Shown: one piece after another, positions 1-12,890 of the stretch | Numbering within the stretch: position 1 is the stretch's first letter | How the letters are laid out: every line of letters starts with the position of its first letter | NCBI GenBank assembly: GCA_951406725.2 | Contig: OX597818.1 | Location: forward strand, 96,844,001 to 96,908,000 | DNA length: 64,000 nt | Reading direction: 5' to 3' | Source: Octopus vulgaris | Lineage: Eukaryota | Made by a program: the position numbers and the translations under genes | Notes under the pieces: model-generated | The model's database searches: none | Seen by the model: only the letters and a program-made list of their open reading frames with translations | What the model was told of the DNA's origin: nothing

Positions 1-1
1 A

Positions 2-130
2 CATTTGCGTTTAGATGCTCATGATGATTTCGATATAAAGGTTACTATTAAAAGTATCGATGGTCATACTTTACCAAATAGCTATCTCACCCCTCCGACG
101 GTTTTCTTCGTTCCGGCCAAAGGACACTAG
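2..130 (+). CDS. 3' end of an upstream hemocyanin paralog (C-terminus of FU-g, partial last exon)
   Basis: Frame 2 reads HLRLDAHDDFDIKVTIKSIDGHTLPNSYLTPPTVFFVPAKGH*, 29/42 identical to the C-terminus of the FU-g exon ending at 28721; AATAAA at 225-230. Confidence 0.93.
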   Translation, partial: HLRLDAHDDFDIKVTIKSIDGHTLPNSYLTPPTVFFVPAKGH

Positions 131-224
131 AATTTATTCTGCTTCTTTATATGATCTTTGAACGAATTAACTGGGAGAGATTTACTACTTGGCAATGAAA
201 TATTTTTTTGCTGCATTTTCATTC

Positions 225-230
225 AATAAA
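225..230 (+). terminator. polyadenylation signal of upstream hemocyanin gene
   Basis: AATAAA ~95 nt after the TAG, followed by T/GT-rich sequence; same context (ttcAATAAA) as 28796-28801. Confidence 0.7.
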
Positions 231-2344
231 AGTATTGCAAGCAATTAGTAATCTTGTTTTCATTATTTTCTACTCTCTTTTAGTATTTGTGTTTTGAATA
301 TATTTTTCTTGTGTTTGGTAGATATATCGTCAATATAAACAAGAATTTACACAATCATTATATAATAATTTTGTTTAGCGACGACACAATATTCAGTTTA
401 CAAACTAAAGCATCATAATATCAGAGGAATATATCTTAAAGAGCCAAACTGATATTTACACACAGTCACTCAAAGGGATGCTTTTGATATGCAGGTACGA
501 TTATGCATTTCACTTCTTTTTAAATGCAACCAATTTCTTATTATATCTCAAGGTATTTAAGCAATGAGACGCAAATGTAATATAACAGTATCAGTTGTAA
601 TTAAATGCATCTCATTATTAACGACGTAGGTAAATGTTGGATCTGTGATAACATTTGCAGTTGTTTGAATAAAATTAAGCCACTGTGATTGCTAAGTATC
701 AACCACCATTTACTGATCTTTCCTTGACACATCTTACTCAAAGCATAGCAAATATTGCATTCCAATGATTAGCCAGGATCAGGAAACATTTCTGGTCAGC
801 TACTGACTCTGCAACACTCAAGTCAAGTCAACTTTTAGATGAAATGTCCGGAAACTATGCAGTTACAATTATATGCAAAAATGCTAGTCCGTCGGCAAAC
901 GTTTTCACGAGAGTGCCCCATGCAAACAATAATCTTTTAAAACGTATCTGTAGAAAATTCTGAGTGTTAGATTATCATTTTTAATATATCTATATTTTAC
1001 AAATTATTTTACGGGAGGATGATGACAAAATGCTTTCAAATGTTCTTTAAAAAAGTCTGTTTAGAGAACCGTTAAACTGTAAATTGTCTGAATTGGCTAT
1101 CATTGGAAATTGCATGCTTGTTTTAAGATAGATATTCATAAAAAGTAAAATTACAGTGGTAATAAATCAGAAATAATTTTCACGAAAACCTTTTTGTTTA
1201 TTTTTTGTTTATAATATATAACAGAGAAACAGAAATAAATAGAAACATTTCAAGAAGTATATTGAAGCAGTTTCTAATGAATATATTTTAAAAATCAGTT
1301 TAAAAAATAATAAAGTATAAATAGTATTGTATATCATAAACATTTTCAATAATAATTAAAATCAATGTGTTTAAATACGACTGTTCAAAAATGTATCTGC
1401 TGTATATTATACCTTAATAAGACAGAATAAATATAAATGTTTATAAAATGAAAATTAAAAAAAATAATTAAAATCTATTTTACTATTAGCGAGACTTACT
1501 ATTCGTCCAGCTATAACATACTTTATATCAGGATTGTATTTAACAAATTTAAAATTTATGCAAGCAACAGTGACTTCATGAGTAACTACTATAAAAATTA
1601 GAACATCTATAGATTTGACATAGTTCATCGCTGAAACATTGATCCTCAGAAGCATGTTGAGAAAATATTAATATATTGTTACGGTAAGATTTTCAGACAG
1701 GCACCAGTTTCAGAAATGAAATTCTAAAGTTTCAACACACCGATCTCAGCATTTTTCAGCCCTAGTCAATCTTTTTCAATGTTTTTTTTTTCTATTTTAG
1801 TTTTTACGTCTACAACTCTTTGCTTATGAATTTAACTGCTTTGCAAATTAATCAGTTTTGTCCAAAATTATCCAATTCAATGCACTGCATACTTTCTAGA
1901 TTCTAATAACATAGAGTTACTTAGAAATAATTATGAAAGATCATGTACGACAATTATCGGAAAGAGTAAAGAGCGGATATTGATAAATCAGTCACTCTTT
2001 TATCCAGAATCAATACGATTTCGGCATTTGAAAACATTCGGTATCCTTCATTTGGAAAACACCAGGGTTCACATATAAAAAAGAAACAAGTCTTACAACT
2101 AAAGACAAATGGGGCGGAGTCGAAAGACTGGTGCGAAAAATAGAAACATATTGAATACAAGCAAAGATGTCTTTCGGCTTAAGATAGACACAGGGAAAAA
2201 TACTAGCGTGCAGAGAAAATATGAAAAAAACTTACTTCGAAAGAAGTGGTATATATTTTTTCAAAAATCATTTGTGACGACATATGAGCAATAAAAACAC
2301 AAAAACCTCAAAAGAAAATTCATGATGAGGAAATATTCACAGTT

Positions 2345-3200
2345 CAGGAAACACGTTAGCAGTCGTTTACTGGCTTAATGGAGTTGTGAAGTGTCAATTG
2401 GTGAAACCAGGTTTACTGACCTGGATTTTGCTGAAGATACGGTTATTCTACCTGAGTCTCTGGATGTCGTAAGGAGTTCTCTCTTTTCATTAGGTGAGGA
2501 AGTGGAACCACTTGGCTTTAGAGTTTCTTAGTTCAAGACAAAGATTCAGTCTTTTGTTGGTTTCCTGTGGCACTTCATTTCGTCTATCTCTGTTGCATGT
2601 GGAAATGTCGAAGTTGCTTGCCGCTTCACTTATCTCAGCAACGTGATCCGTGTCAGCTTTAAGTGCGAATCCAAAGTTTCAAAGCCTCTTGGGCAGTTGG
2701 GGACTCAGTGAACAAGGGTTTTTGGTGCTACTGATATTTGAGCAAGAGGACAAATGTCTTAAAGTCTTAAAGTCTTTGGTGCTTCATGTCTTTCTCTACA
2801 GTTGCGAGACCTGGACGCTTTCCGGGGCCCTAGGGGCCACCTGAATGCCTTTAATATCAGGACACTTCGCAGGATTATGGGATTCCCAAAGACAATACTC
2901 AAAAACTAAGATGTCTTGTTACTTGTATGATTCGAGAACATCATCTTAGACTGTTTGGTTATGTTGCTCGATTTCTTGAGATGGATCCAGCATACATGTT
3001 ATCTTTTCTGAGGATTCGGCTGGGGAAACAGCTAGTGTTGGGTTGTCACGTGCCTCATCGTCGTGACAGATGAGGAAGTGCTTCACGGAAACTGACTGGG
3101 ACACTGCTTAGAGGGTTACCCAGGACAGTCCGAGCAGATATCGACAACTGGTGGATGCAGCAACGCGCGGCAGTGCTACATGCCCCCGTACCTGACCTGA
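2345..3200 (+). mobile_element. degraded 5'-truncated RTE-group LINE fragment
   Basis: Broken frames give TDLDFAEDTVIL (RT FADD-like), KTKIQ and LYSCETWTL; ends in a short ACCTG repeat. Confidence 0.65.
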
Positions 3201-3302
3201 ATAACAACGACACAGTAGTAGTAAAAGTATATTATCTTTAACGAATCAGTGAAGAACAAAATACATTTGCAGTAACACACTATTATAAGTAGGTATATAT
3301 AT

Positions 3303-3515
3303 TGGTTTCAAATTTTGGTACAAGGCCAGCAAGTTCGAGTGAATGCGTAAGTCGATTACATCGACCCCACAACGCAACTGGTTCTTATTTTATCGACATC
3401 AAAAGGATGAAAAGAAAAGTCGACCTCGGGGGAATTTGAACTCAAAATGTAAAGACGGACAAAATGCCGTTAAGCATTTTGCCTGGCGTGCTAACAGTTC
3501 TGTCAGCTCACCGCC
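3303..3515 (-). mobile_element. tRNA-like SINE (family 1, tail type A)
   Basis: Reverse complement has the GGCGGTGAGCTGACAGAA head, GAGTTCAAATTC B-box-like motif, core GAGGTCGACTTT..CATCCTTT..GTCGATAAAATAAG and tail CCTTGTACCAAAATTTGAAACC. Further decayed copies at ~3880-4135. Confidence 0.8.
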
Positions 3516-4200
3516 ATAAGTAGTTATATATTAATAGCAAACATGAACAATCTCAGTAAAAGATATTAAGAAGAAAAAAACAGTAACAGTTATGAAGAAA
3601 CACCAGCATTAAAGACACATTCATAACATATAATCATTAATTATAAAGAAGCAAAATTCAATGAAACATTTACAATAACGGAACGCAGAGTCTAGAAATA
3701 TTCACAGTCGAGATATTCGCAATCAAACAATATCGATCAAAATTCGCAGTAGTGATATACTATCAGTGAAGAAAAATTGACAGACAAGAAATATTCACAG
3801 TAGATCAACATTCATACCTAAGAAACGGCCACAGTAGCCAAAAATTTAGAATATCCAAACTTCCAAGACAAATATTTTTCTAATTTTGGTAGAAAGCCAG
3901 TAATTACAGGGAGAGGGATAAGTCGGCGGTGATCAACAGTTACTTATTTTATAGGCCTTGAAAGGATAAAAAGCAAACCCAACTTCAACGGCATATGAAG
4001 TCTGAAAAGAATCAGAAGAAAAGCTGCAAAACATTATGCCCGAGGCGCTAACGATTCAGTCAACTCACGATTTCATTCACAAAAATATTGGTTTCAAATT
4101 TCGGTACAAGGCCGGCAATTTTAGGTGAGGGGTAGAAATATTTACAACTGAGAAACATTGACAGTTAATAAACTTTCACAACTAAGATACATTCACAGTT

Positions 4201-6960
4201 TTTTTTCATTTCAAAGCTGTGGCCATGCTGGGGCACCGCCGTTTTGCTACACTGTTATTATTGAGAGCCTCCTCCGATATGTGGCATTTGGTGAATAAGG
4301 GAGTTTGATGTCGCTGCCCTCATTTAAGCCTCCTGCCGCGAGATAGATTCATAAGGGACTCTTGACAGGAAGAGATCCAGTTTTGTCTTGAAAGCACCTA
4401 CATCCACTTTGTGTAGGTCTTTCAGGCTCTTTGAGAGAATATTAAAAATCTGTGGGCCCTTGAAACCCATGCTGTTGTAGTAACTGGTCCTGAAGCTCGA
4501 CCGCATTGTTGGAATCTTTGGCACTGTGCAGTGGCGATCCGTTCTGGCATCTGTGTAGCTTTCAATACCAAAATTTAGCACAATTCCATCCATGATCTTC
4601 CAGATGTATATCACTGCATATCTCTACTGCCTTCGCTCCAGGGAGTAGAGTCTTAGCTGTTTCAGCCTTTCCCAGTGGCTGAGCTGCTGCAATGAAACGA
4701 TATTCTTTGTGAAGTTTTGCTGGATTGCTTCAAGGCCCGCTGTTAATTTTACACTGTGGAGTGACCATAGTAGGGAGCAGTAGTCAATGCAGCTAAGGAC
4801 GAAATTCCTCCAAAAGTCCATCATGGTTTCCTTCTCTCTGGGTCTGAAGGTTCTCAGGATCCAGCCAGCCGTCTACACTTTGTCGCCATCTTGGTAATGT
4901 ACACTTGGAAAGAGGTATCATCACTCAGGCCGATACCCAGGTTATGCACTGATTTAGGCTTTGGGATTGTAATCGCTCCTGGCCCAGTGTATCCTGTAAG
5001 TTTTTCATTTAGTTTTGGGTACTAGTAGCGCAGGGCTTGGAATTTTCCAGCATTAAACTGAATATCATTGTCCTCAGCCCATCTGTAAATGGCGGCCAAC
5101 TCCTACTGCAGACATGCAACATCGCTAGAGTTTTGTATTTTCTGTGACACTTTCGTATCGTCTGCGTAGCTAGCAAGGGCGACTATCCAAGCAGCTGAGG
5201 GCATATCTGAGAAGACCACTATGAAAAGCAGTGGTTCCAAGACAATGCCCTATAGGTGGAACACCACTCACTATTTGTATTTTCTTTGAAGTGGCTCCAC
5301 TGGCCACCGCTGTCTGACTTTTATCTTTCAGAAAGTCATGTAACCACTCTCCAAGTTTTCCAGCTATACCAAGATTGCGTGGTTAGTGGCATATCATATC
5401 ATGATCAACTTTATCAAAAGCTTTTGCAAAATCAAGATATATTACGACCACATTTGAGTCGTTGAGTGACTTTTTCAGCACCTAATCATAGTGCTGTAGA
5501 AACTGGGTCAGGCAGTTTCTACCTGGTCGAAAACCATGCTGGGTATCGCTCAGCAAGTCATTTTCTTCAAGGAATGTGACTAGTTTCCCTCTGACTATTC
5601 GTTCCATGACTTAGCTGATCTGTGAAGTCAGAGAGATAGGCATATAATTTTCGGTACCTGTTCTGCTTCCTCCTTTATGGATTGGGCATTTTATTCTCTC
5701 CTTCAATTTGCTTGGCAACTTACCTTTTGCAAGAAAACTCTGGAAGAGCATTTGTAGTGGTTTTGCCAGGGCACGCTTGCACGATTTGAAGAGGATTGCA
5801 GGAAAACAATCAGGGCCAGCAGTTAAGTTTGCGTCTGGAAGAGGGGTTCTGTTTTGTAGCGTACTGAGACTGTTTCTTTGGCATAATCAAAGAAGGCCTT
5901 TGGGTTTGACTAGATGTTTTTTTTATTACCCAGGTTTTTTATTTGCTCTCTTTTGGCCCATACATAGACAGGTCTATTATGCTGTGATCCGAAGCTGATG
6001 TCGGTGTCACTTTCACATTATGAACAACGTCCATATTGTTTGTGAAGCAGAGATCCAATATGTTATTTGTCCTGGTTGGTCGAAGCACAATTTGCTCCAT
6101 GAATAGGGTATTGGTGAGGTTTTGCAAGGACTCCACCTGTACTTATTTGCAATGAGTCATTCCTGAGAACATGAGGCCCTCGGGCCATTTGATACTGGGG
6201 AAGTTGAAATCACCTATCAGAAACACACTCACGTGATGTTCCGGTTTCATGAGGGTTTCTTTAATTCTTATGAGGCAATCTTCAAACTTGCCTATGTGGT
6301 TTGGAGCATCCGGTGGGCGATATGTATTGCATATGACTATATTGTGTTGTCTTATGTATACAACTTGAGCGTCACATGCTGAATTTGAGCATGACAGTAT
6401 ACAGCAACTCCACCATGGCTCCTTTCCTTTCTGTCCGCTCGCAGTATGGTATATTTCGGTACGTATACTTATGCATCCTCTATATCAGGCCTAAGGGCTT
6501 GACTGCATGCAGCAAGGTCTCTCAGGAAAAATATTTTGTTTTTGTTGTTGTGATGCAACAAGCCTCCAATATTTAATAGAAATATTGGCGTGACGACTTT
6601 GCTGGCGTTATGGAAGGCCATCCCATCTCTGTTGTTTGTGGTGGTCTTGCGCAGTGGTGGGCAAGGTTCCTTGTTTGCGCTTGATATAGCCAGATCAGCT
6701 GCTGCACAGACTTTTGCGCCATGCACAAAAAAGACATTTTCTCAGCTGCTACCATTTTCATAACATCTGAATAGTGCGCTGCATGTGCATACTTACTCTT
6801 TGGAGACGACTGGTGCCTCTCCTCTGAGAAGTATTTCCCCATAAGGTCTCTGCAGTTTTGGTAGGGTCTCAGGTGAGCAAACCGGCAGTTTCTACCGTCT
6901 TCCCCATGCCAACATTTACCTTGCAGGTAAAATTTGCATGTCCTTCTCGTCTTTACTCCA
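4201..6960 (-). mobile_element. decayed CR1/L2-group LINE (CCCH-finger ORF1 remnant, APE endonuclease, RT)
   Basis: CKFYLQGKCWHGEDGRNCRFAH (6573-6977 ORF); endonuclease motifs GDFNFP, PTRTNNILDL and SDH; RT YADDT at ~5153-5168; C-terminal ERLKQLRLYSLERR and FKTKLDLFL. Many stops, frameshifts and an internal deletion. Confidence 0.85.
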
Positions 6961-7270
6961 TTAAGAAACATTTGCAACTAAGAAACATTCAGAGTTCAGA
7001 AAAATTCACTGTTAACAAATATTCACAACTAAGAAACATTCCCAATCGAGAAACATCCACAGTTAAGAAACATTCACAATAAAGAAACATTCAAAGTTAA
7101 GAGACATTCACAACTAAGAAACAGACAGTGTTAAGAAACATGAACAGTTATGAACCATTCACAATTAAAAGTCATTCTCACTGAAGACAGATTACCTCTA
7201 AAGAGACATTTATTGCATAGCTATTCACTGAAAATACACATTAACACTTAAGAGATATTGACAGTAAATT
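6961..7270. repeat. degenerate 17-bp minisatellite (AAGAAACATTCACAGTT-like); continues at ~3540-3840 and 4135-4200
   Basis: Successive 17-mers aagaaacatttgcaact, aagaaacattcagagtt, cagaaaaattcactgtt, aacaaatattcacaact, aagaaacattcccaatc, gagaaacatccacagtt. Confidence 0.8.
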
Positions 7271-7335
7271 AAAATTCTGTATAATGAAGTTTTAACAGTA
7301 GATGCAATAACATTATTGAGATATTAGCGTAACTG

Positions 7336-7655
7336 TAAGCGACGAGCTGGCAGAATCATTAGCACGCCGGGTTAAACGCTAAGCGCCATTTCGTCCGTCT
7401 TTACATTCTGAATCGAAATTCCGCCGAGGTCGACTTTGCCTGTCATCCTTTCGGGGTCGATAAAATAAGTACCAGCTGGGTACTAGGTTCGATTGCATCG
7501 GCTTATGTCCTTCCCCTGAATGTGCTGGCCTTATACCAGAATTTGAAACTAATATTAGCGTAACTGAGGCGGCGAGCTGGCAGAATTGTTAGCACGCCTG
7601 ACAAAATGCTTAGCAGCATTTCGTCTGTCTTTATTTTCTGAGTTCAAATGCCACT
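7336..7655 (+). mobile_element. SINE family 1: full copy plus adjacent partial copy
   Basis: Head GCGACGAGCTGGCAGAATCATTAGCACGCCGG, core and tail A; flanked by a 15-bp duplication ATATTAGCGTAACTG (7321-7335, 7552-7566). Confidence 0.85.
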
Positions 7656-8186
7656 GGAAGTTGGCTAAAAATTCCAGATCATCTATAAATTCTTCCAAGA
7701 GATACAGAGTCTGCATTCCAGAAAAGAGTATCATTATGAGGAAATTTATAAAAAGCAGATTTGACCTTAATGGTAAAACGATAAATTCTTACTTAGGCAC
7801 CTGAACACCCTCCTCATTATCCAGATTTTCCTAATATACTTTTGGCCTAAGACAAACAGAAGATGACACGGGAGATAACTCCCTGTTGAAAACATGAGTA
7901 TAGATACATGCTTAGCTAAAGAGATATAAATTTCAAATTTCAATTTTTCCTCGCATGACTTGAGTGCAGTAACAGATGACTTCCGGTTACTTTGAATAAT
8001 TTCCAATCTGCCTAGATACTTTTTTTGCACTGATTAAAGTCCAAAGTATTTTCCATAATATTTTCCGAAAGAAATTTTAGGCATGAGGCAAACAATTCCT
8101 TTTCTGACTGGAAATTAATGTACATTTAGGGAAGCGAGGATGGGTAATTTCTGATTCCTCATTATTTTCTGCCTACCAATTTGAAA

Positions 8187-8724
8187 GTGGAGGCGCGTGG
8201 CTTAGTGGTTAGGTTGTCAGCACTATGATCGTAAGATTGTGGTTTCGATTCCTGGACCGCGATGTGTTGTGTTCTTGAGCAAAACACTTCATTTCACGTT
8301 GCTCCAGTTCACTCAGCTGGCAAAAGTGGGTAACGCTGTGATGGACTGGTGTTCCGTGCAGCTGGGGAACACATACGCCATTGAAACCGGGAAACCGGGC
8401 CCATGAGCCTGGCTAGGCTTTAAAAGGGCGCAGTGGAGGCGCAATGACCCAGTGATTAGAGCAGCGGTTTCGATTCCCAGACCGGGCGTTGTGTGGGTTT
8501 ATTGAACGAAAACACCTAAAAAGCTCCACGAGTCTCCGGCAGGGGGTGGTGGCGACCCCTGTTGTACTCTTTCGCCACAACTTTCTCTCACTCTCTCTTC
8601 CTATTTCTTGAGTAACGCTGCGATGGACTGGCGTCCCGTCCAGCTGGGGGGAGCACACGCCACAGAAACCGGGAAACCGGGCCCATGAGCCTGGCTAGGC
8701 TTGAAAAGGGCGACGTTTATTGTT
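8187..8724 (+). mobile_element. dimeric tRNA-derived SINE (family 2) with 13-bp TSD
   Basis: A-box TGGCTTAGTGG and B-box GTTTCGATTCC. Two units share the tail CCATGAGCCTGGCTAGGCTT(T/G)AAAAGGGCG. TSD TACCAATTTGAAA at 8174-8186 and 8725-8737. Confidence 0.85.
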
Positions 8725-9289
8725 TACCAATTTGAAACCAATACATTGCAAGTATTGCTTCATCATTTTCTATTGTTGCATCATCTTTGGCGGTAAAAAA
8801 CAGGTCAGCATTGTTGTCGAAGTTGAAAGTTTGAGGTGTAGTCAAGTGGCTGGTACTTTGTTTTTCAAGAGATTTTTCCTCGATTTTAATGGAGGCTGCT
8901 AATAACATATCTGAATGATTTTTGCTGTTTAACAATAAATATTCTTTTCTCTGTTGGAGTCAATGCTTTCCCACACTAATGTTTAATTTGATCATTTTTC
9001 AATTTCCAAAACAATGATGCTTAAAGTGGGGAATAATGAGTAATTACTAATTTCAATAATTTTTTTCTCTTCAACTGCATGGTGCGTAAATATATCAGGA
9101 AAAAGGAACCCACTCCAGCAGATCGTGAAGAAGCTATAAAGAATATTCTAAGTTGACTTCGTTAATTTCTTATCATGTGCAATTTTCCTTCGATCTAAGT
9201 ATTCTAAATTTTTGTTGCACTTCTTATCTCTCTGATGTCGAAGGGTGGATATTACTATATGTGAGTCTTTTTGTAAAATATCAATATTT

Positions 9290-9966
9290 AGTTTTTCCTT
9301 GGGGCTGGCCAGATCGGAGCAATCCTAACATTAATCAGCCGAAATTGCGAAGATGATCCGGTTCATGACTGAAGATTAGAGGCTTCGAATGACCCGTCCG
9401 TGTTTTTTGTATCGTTTATTTGAATGTTTTGCCTTCTTGTCTCATTTTGTATTTATATATATATTATTGCGGCGTACGTACACCTTATTCTCTTATATGT
9501 AAGTACACATTCCACTAAACTTTGTACGACTTCAACACTCTCTCTCACATTTCTTTGCTTTTCTTACTTTGTACTTCACTGTCCCTGTCTTTCTCTTTTC
9601 TCGCATCCTTGATTCTTCGGTCTCCTCTCTCCCCTCTCTCTCACATTTCTTTGCCTTTCTTACTTTGCACTTCACTATCCCTGTCTTTCTTTTTCTCGCC
9701 AATCCTTGGCACTCTCTCTTTCTTCTCCCCCTCCTTAATTCCTTGTTCCTCTTTTTCTCTCTCTTCTCCCCCTCCTTAATACCTTTGTTCCTCTTTTTCT
9801 CTCTCTTCTCCCTCTCTTTAATTCTTTTGCCCCTTTTTTTCTCTCTCTTCTCTTCGGACCAGCGCCACGATAACATCGACTTCTTCGTCTGCCGTAAGGC
9901 ATTATTTTTCAAATACGCCAGCTGAGTTCAATTCGTCTAAGTCGAAAGACGCCTGTTCTTATGTCA

Positions 9967-10021
<55 letters not shown>

Positions 10022-10330
10022 GTTGTTGTTTTTTGTATTTATATTCGTATTATTTTTTATTTTTTGTATTTATATTCGTGTAACATCGTCCGTTTTTCTG
10101 TCCTTATTTCGTATACATTCGATCCTTTTTCCAAGAAATCTAATGCTCGTAGATCAGTTTTTCCTTGAGGCTGGCCAGATCGGAGCAATCTCAAGATTAA
10201 TCAGCCGAAATTGCGAGGATGATCCAGTTCTTGACTGAAGATTAGAGGCTTCGAAAGACCCGTCCGTGTTTTGTGTATCGTCTATTTGACTGTTTTGCGT
10301 TCTTGTCCCATTTTGTATTTATATATTTAT
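9290..10330. repeat. two copies of a ~170-bp unclassified repeat (9290-9460, 10155-10330) around pyrimidine-rich tandem duplications and (TTA)n
   Basis: GGCTGGCCAGATCGGAGCAATC...GACTGAAGATTAGAGGCTTCGAA.GACCCGTCCGTG occurs twice; ~100-bp CT-rich unit duplicated at 9538-9720. Confidence 0.7.
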
Positions 10331-10333
10331 ATT

Positions 10334-10374
<41 letters not shown>

Positions 10375-10375
10375 G

Positions 10376-11143
10376 GGGCATTGTTACACATAGGTGCCAC
10401 GCGCTAGGAGGGACTCTTAAAGTAAAAACTACTAAAATGAATAAACATATCGTACCGTATGCAACTCTCATTTAAAAACAGAATTCAGCTGCAGATCACC
10501 TGTGATTTCGTAATCAGTGCAAGCATAATTCAAGAATTATAATGAATGAACAAAATCAACATACCAGACGAACAACCATCGTGTCCACCATAGTATATAG
10601 AACTGTTCACCCCTTATACATCTATGTAAATGGTGGGTTTTTCCGAATTGCATTTCGGTAACAACGTGCTTATTCGGAATAAAAAGTCAGTAATGAATAT
10701 ACTCCGGTTAAATTTATAATTTAAAAATAGGATAAAATCTTCATAAGAATTTATCAAGTAGTTAGCGTGAAAAACATCATAAGAGAAAAATCCACCAATT
10801 TTTTCACTTAAATATATTTATTTATATTATATAGAGGTCATTATTACACATAAATGCCACACGCTAGGAAGGACTCTTAGAGTCAAAACTACTAAAATAA
10901 ATAAACATATAGTACCAAATGCAACTCTTGAAGCAAGTCATTTAAAAACAGAATTCAGCTGCAGATCACCTGTGATTTCGTAATCAGTGAAGTGTTTTGC
11001 ACTTTTTACTCATCAGCGCAAGCATAATTCAAGATTTATAATGAATGAACAAAATCAACATACTGCGGTGGATACGATGGTTGTTTGTCTGGTATGCTTG
11101 CACTGATGAGTAAAGAGTACAAAACACTGCACTGATTACAAAC
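10376..11143 (-). mobile_element. Penelope-like/retrozyme-like non-coding element: direct repeats plus inverted terminal piece
   Basis: 10376-10564 is repeated at 10838-11063; 11064-11143 is an inverted copy of internal segments. Abuts (TA)n(GA)n and contains a hammerhead fold. Confidence 0.6.
10951..11030 (-). ncRNA. type I hammerhead ribozyme
   Basis: Minus strand: GAATTATGCTTGCG-CTGATGA-GTAAaaAGTG..CACTgaTTAC-GAAA-TCACagGTGA-TC-TGCAGCTGAATTC. Complete catalytic core, three stems, AUC cleavage triplet. Confidence 0.75.
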
Positions 11144-11170
11144 TTATTCTGACAACGATCTCAACTACTT

Positions 11171-11517
11171 TTTTGCGTCCTTTTAAAGCCTAGCCAGGCT
11201 CATGGGCCTGGTTTCCCTGTTTCAATGGCGTATGTGTTCCCCAGTTGGATGGTACGTCAGTCCATCGCAGAATACGCCCTTTTAAAGCCTAGCCAGGCTC
11301 ATGGGCCCGGTTTCTCGGTTTCAATGGCGTATGTGTTCCCCAGCTGGACGGGACGCCAGTCCATCGTTGCGCTACTCATTTTTGCCAGCTGAGTGAACTG
11401 GAGCAACGTGAAATGAAGCGTTTTGCTCAAGAACACAACGCGTTGCTCGGTCCAGGAATCGAAGCCACAATCTTACGATCATGATGCTGACACCCCACTA
11501 AGCCATGCGCCTCCACT
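11171..11517 (-). mobile_element. SINE family 2 with duplicated 3' part and 12-bp TSD
   Basis: Reverse complement matches 8187-8430; tail segment present twice; TSD TCTCAACTACTT at 11159-11170 and 11518-11529. Confidence 0.85.
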
Positions 11518-12337
11518 TCTCAACTACTTAACATGACAAAAAAAAAACGACTGTGTTAATCATATCTCTCCGGGATTCAGAGAATAGCTGGAGGACAACT
11601 TATTTCTGCTTATTTGATAAATAAATGTACTTTGAAAGACCTAGTCGTCATTCCAAATTTTCTATCTAAAACTAATAGCTGTATTTTAAGAGAATGAAAA
11701 TTAAACAACGTTGCGTTCACAACATTCGGTGGTGGAGGTAATCACTTTTACGGCACCCAGTATGACTTACCTTGCGATATCGTTCATTATATAAATAAGT
11801 TAGATGCTAAAAGCTGATTGGATGCACAGATCCGTGATTAATATTTGTATGCTGGTGTTCCACTATTCTATGTCGGTTGTAAAAGCTCATAACTCTTTTA
11901 GATACAAATAATTTGAAGGAGAGGTATTATTCACTATTGAAAGCGGGTAAACTTAATAAATGCACTTTCACCAGTTTGCTGTGGCTACCTTCAAAGCCGC
12001 CTATGTACAAAAAAAAATATTCATGTTGGAAAATTAGTGGCTTTAAGTAATGGGAATTGGTTTCAAGCAGGAATCGAAACCGAACTGGGAATCCTGAATT
12101 ATGAAATTTTGCGTCTTTATATTTGGTTGTCACTACAAGAGGAAAATTGAGTGTATGTAAATCACAATCTTGGCTTTGAATCAAATTTACAGATATAAAT
12201 ATTTTTAAAAAAAAAGGAAATGAAAAATTTACGCCAAATCATGTAAAACAGCTGGGCTGTATAATGTTACAGTTACAGAATAATTGCATAATTGTAAAGC
12301 CACATCCATATCGAGATTTTGTGTGGTAGAGGTAGCG

Positions 12338-12367
12338 TTGGTGATAGTGGTGGTGATGGTGATGATG

Positions 12368-12399
<32 letters not shown>

Positions 12400-12431
12400 G
12401 ATGATGATGGTGATGATGATGGTGATGGTGG

Positions 12432-12490
<59 letters not shown>

Positions 12491-12698
12491 ATGATGATGA
12501 TGATGATGATGGTGGTGCTGGTGCTGGTGCTGGTGATGGTGATGGTGATGGTGCTAGTGGTGGTGCTGGTGGCGCTGGTGGCGGCGGCGGCGGTGGTGGT
12601 GGTGCTGGTGCTGGTGCTGGTGCTGGTGGTGCTGGTGCTGGTGGTGCTGGTGAAGGTTCTGGTGCTGGTGGTGGTGCTGATGATGGTGATGATGGTGG

Positions 12699-12766
<68 letters not shown>

Positions 12767-12890
12767 GTGGTGGTGATGGTGGTGGTGATGGTGGTGCTGC
12801 TGGTGGTGCTGCTGGGGAAAGAGATGACAGTAGTGATTGTGCTGCAAGTACTGGTAGTACTGGTGCTGGTGATGGAGTTAGTGGTGGTGA
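12338..12890. repeat. compound trinucleotide microsatellite (GAT/GGT/GCT)n
   Basis: Directly visible; explains the low-complexity ORFs in several frames. Confidence 0.95.

Noticed and set aside
8187-8260. tRNA gene
   Set aside because: The A/B boxes belong to a SINE head that continues into SINE body and tail with a TSD; no full cloverleaf.
7655-9080. Minus-strand ORF pieces (7767-8030, 8717-8935) interrupted by a SINE
   Set aside because: Possibly an old transposon remnant, but no recognisable motif.
10160-10270. Hammerhead-like words (GGCTG..CAGCC-GAAA; CTGAAGA..GAAA) in the duplicated repeat, also at 9295-9400
   Set aside because: The core is incomplete in the first case and stems II/III do not pair in the second.
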